Below, piece by piece: positions 62,026 to 64,000 of a DNA stretch of 64,000 nt. Source of the stretch: Pseudomonadota bacterium (GTDB lineage: Bacteria > Myxococcota_A > UBA9042 > GCA-2863065); NCBI GenBank assembly GCA_005776725.1, contig SXOO01000119.1, positions 4,687 through 68,686 of the forward strand, in the 5' to 3' direction. The position numbers and the translations under genes were made by a program. The notes beneath the pieces were generated by a model, which saw only the letters and a list, made by a program, of their open reading frames with translations, was not told the DNA's origin and did not search any database. Positions within the stretch are counted from its first letter, which is position 1, and every line of letters begins with the position of its first letter.

Positions 62026-63015
62026 ATGTCGAGCCGCGTCGTCAGCATTCAGAACGCCGGAGGACCCGAGGTCCTCGAGCTGATCGAGCGCGCCGCGCCT
62101 GAGCTGCTCCCCGGCCATGTGCTCGTGCGTGTTGCGGCCGCCGGACTCAACCGAGCCGACGTGCTCCAGCGCAAGGGCTTGTACCCGGCTCCGAAGGGTG
62201 TCCCCAGCGACGTTCCAGGTCTCGAGTTCTCCGGCAGCATCGAGGCCGTGGCCCCGGATGTCAGCGGCTGGGAGCCCGGCGTCCGCGTGATGGGCATCGT
62301 CGGGGGTGGCGCCATGGCCACGCACGTCGTGGTCCCAGCCTCAGAGCTGCTCAGAACCCCCGAGGCCCTCTCTGACGTCGAGGCCGCCGCCGTCCCCGAA
62401 GCCTTCGTCACGGCGTGGGACGCGCTGAAGCAAGGGCGGGTCGCCGCCGGCGAGACGGTGCTGCTGCACGCCGTGGCAAGCGGCGTCGGCACGGCCGCCC
62501 TCCAGCTGGTGCGGCTCCACGGCGCCACCGGGGTGGGCACCAGCCGCTCCCCGGAGAAGCTCTCCCGGTGCGAGGCGCTCGGCCTCCACCGCGGGCTCCT
62601 CGTGGGGTCCGACGCCCGCTTCGCAGCGGAGGTCACGGCGGATCTCATCATCGACACCATCGGCGCTGCCTACCTCACCGAGAACCTGAAGGCGCTCGCC
62701 CCGCAGGGTCGAATCGTGTGCCTCGGCACCCTGGGCGGTCACCGGGGCGAGCTGCCGCTCGGGCTCTTCATGAGCAAACGCGCCACCCTCATCGGGTCGG
62801 TGCTGAGGTCCCGCTCCGCGGAGGAGAAGTCGGCCATCGCAGCCGCCTTCACCCTCGAGGTGTTGCCGCACTTCACGGCCCGGGGGACCAGCGCCCCGCT
62901 GCTGCGACCGGTCCTCGGCCATGTCCTCCCCATGCACCGGATCCGCGACGCTCACGCGCTCATGGAGTCGGACACCACCTTCGGCAAGATCGTCCTCACC
63001 TGGGAAAACACCTGA
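62026..63015 (+). CDS. NADPH:quinone oxidoreductase (zeta-crystallin/MDR family)
   Basis: The ATG at 62026 gives GGPEVLELIE...VLVRVAAAGLNRADVLQRKGLYP...PGLEFSG, AVASGVGTAALQL and GKIVLT. Confidence 0.88.
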   Translation: MSSRVVSIQNAGGPEVLELIERAAPELLPGHVLVRVAAAGLNRADVLQRKGLYPAPKGVPSDVPGLEFSGSIEAVAPDVSGWEPGVRVMGIVGGGAMATHVVVPASELLRTPEALSDVEAAAVPEAFVTAWDALKQGRVAAGETVLLHAVASGVGTAALQLVRLHGATGVGTSRSPEKLSRCEALGLHRGLLVGSDARFAAEVTADLIIDTIGAAYLTENLKALAPQGRIVCLGTLGGHRGELPLGLFMSKRATLIGSVLRSRSAEEKSAIAAAFTLEVLPHFTARGTSAPLLRPVLGHVLPMHRIRDAHALMESDTTFGKIVLTWENT

Positions 63016-63737
63016 TGCTCAGAACCGTCGTGACCTGCCTCATCGCCGTGGGCCTCGCGTCCACGGCCTCCGCGGCGCGCTGCAAGCTGCCCGCGGGCGG
63101 CTTCATCTACGCCATTGGTTCGTCCACCCTAGGGAGCCCGCTGGGCGAGCTGCTCGACAAGGCGCTGAAGCGTCGGGGCTTCAAGTTCCGGAAGTGGGCC
63201 AAGGCCTCGAGCGGCCTCGCGCGGCCCGACTACTTCCACTGGCCGTCCAAGGTCCCCGAGGTGATCCGGGAGTGGAAGCCCGACGCCTTCGTGGTCAACC
63301 TCGGCACCAACGACTTTCAGGCCATCTTCCTGGCCAAGGGGAAGTGGATCCGCCCCGAGCAGGAGGACGCGTGGCGCGTCGAATACGCCAAGCGGGTCGA
63401 CGAGATGCTCGCGCTCACCGCGGGGCCGGACAAGTCCCGGTTGGTCGTGTGGGTGGGCCCTTCGCCGTTCCCCGACGCCAAGGCGAAGCGTATGTCGGTG
63501 ATGATCAACGAGGTGATCAAGGAGCGCATCAAGGCCTTCGGCGGCCCGGTGTTCTACGTGGACGCCACCGACCCGCTGATCACCTCCGGAGGCGAGGTCC
63601 GCCGGGAGTTCAAGGGCGCCGACGGCACGCTGAAGCCCGTCTTCCGTAAGGACAACATCCACACCACCGTCGAGGCGGTTCGCGACCTCATGGCCGAGCC
63701 CACCGGCGACATCCTCCTCGACTGCACGAAGGGCTGA
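63015..63737 (+). CDS. secreted SGNH/GDSL-like hydrolase (DUF459-like)
   Basis: The ATG shares one base with the upstream stop (TGATG). The signal peptide is MLRTVVTCLIAVGLASTASA. Motifs are AIGSSTLG, VVNLGTNDF and DNIHTT. Confidence 0.7.
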   Translation: MLRTVVTCLIAVGLASTASAARCKLPAGGFIYAIGSSTLGSPLGELLDKALKRRGFKFRKWAKASSGLARPDYFHWPSKVPEVIREWKPDAFVVNLGTNDFQAIFLAKGKWIRPEQEDAWRVEYAKRVDEMLALTAGPDKSRLVVWVGPSPFPDAKAKRMSVMINEVIKERIKAFGGPVFYVDATDPLITSGGEVRREFKGADGTLKPVFRKDNIHTTVEAVRDLMAEPTGDILLDCTKG

Positions 63738-63743
63738 TTCGCC

Positions 63744-64000
63744 ATGAGCACCTCACTCAGCCGTGGGACCCGCTTTCGGGTGGACGTGAAGGGCCTGCGG
63801 GCCGTGGTAACGGGGGCCTCGAGCGGCATCGGCGCCGAGCTCGCCCGCCAACTCGCCGCGGCCGGCGCGGACGTAATCCTGGTCGCGCGCCGGAAGGACC
63901 GCCTCGAGGCGTTGGCCGCAGAGCTCCGCAGCGCCCACGGTGGGGCCGCCGAGGTGTTGGCGCTGGATCTGGGGCTCCCCGGCGCGGGCAAGGCCCTCTG
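63744..64000 (+). CDS. SDR-family oxidoreductase, N-terminal fragment (runs off the right edge)
   Basis: The ATG at 63744 gives MSTSLSRGTRFRVDVKGLRAVVTGASSGIGAELARQLAAAGADVILVARRKDRLEAL. This is the TGxxxGIG Rossmann motif. The ORF is open to the window end. Confidence 0.8.
   Translation, partial: MSTSLSRGTRFRVDVKGLRAVVTGASSGIGAELARQLAAAGADVILVARRKDRLEALAAELRSAHGGAAEVLALDLGLPGAGKAL

Noticed and set aside
1-64000. In-frame TGA selenocysteine codons or SECIS elements, given the presence of selD
   Set aside because: No recognisable family in this window appears truncated at, or split by, a TGA. The only split gene (29729..30392) is explained by a homopolymer frame change. A proper SECIS or selenoprotein scan would need software.
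1-64000. Genomic island, prophage or mobile element
   Set aside because: There are no integrase, transposase or recombinase-like ORFs. There are also no tRNA genes, no flanking direct repeats and no sustained GC deviation. The only AT-richer patch is about 200 bp around 30290..30480.

Overview
By eye this is a very GC-rich chromosomal segment (roughly 70% GC, not computed). It is densely packed with about 45 protein-coding genes. I saw no rRNA, tRNA, CRISPR array, transposase, integrase or prophage genes. The gene content suggests Myxococcota; this is inference, not a database match. The evidence is the CNGxDDDCDG Cys-rich modules, an MXAN_0977-type di-heme/MbnP pair, and about 19 predicted lipoproteins, many with acidic low-complexity linkers. 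Many long ORFs in the supplied track are out-of-frame or antisense artefacts of the high GC. I trimmed the real genes to starts supported by a Shine-Dalgarno sequence, a lipobox or a family-typical N-terminus.

Confidently recognisable genes:
- Thiol and selenium chemistry: beta-class GST, selD, and a translationally coupled bshC-bshB-bshA bacillithiol operon.
- Housekeeping and repair: purE, acyl-CoA synthetase plus MFS transporter, and endonuclease III.
- Regulators: a LysR regulator, an HDOD protein and a FliA-type sigma factor.
- Envelope and transport: 5'-nucleotidase, MATE efflux pump and a YcbB-type L,D-transpeptidase.
- Redox and other enzymes: fatty-acid hydroxylase, mbnP-mbnH, quinone oxidoreductase, SGNH hydrolase and SDR.

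Observations most worth follow-up:
1. An uncharacterised four-gene envelope cluster: a Kelch lipoprotein, an Ig/beta-propeller lipoprotein, and two tandem GT-C-like membrane paralogues.
2. A Cys-rich lipoprotein gene split by a frame change exactly at a 10-nt homopolymer, sitting behind a sigma-54-like promoter.
3. An orphan selD that overlaps (GTGA) a Cys-rich lipoprotein gene.
4. A 960-aa Cys-rich repeat lipoprotein ending in a type-1 copper (cupredoxin) domain.
5. A 2248-aa lipoprotein with about 41 consecutive thrombospondin type-3 units.
6. The bacillithiol operon in this lineage.
7. An mbnP-mbnH pair coupled to a third unknown gene.
8. A multi-Kazal lipoprotein.

None of these can be claimed as a proven new system from sequence alone.
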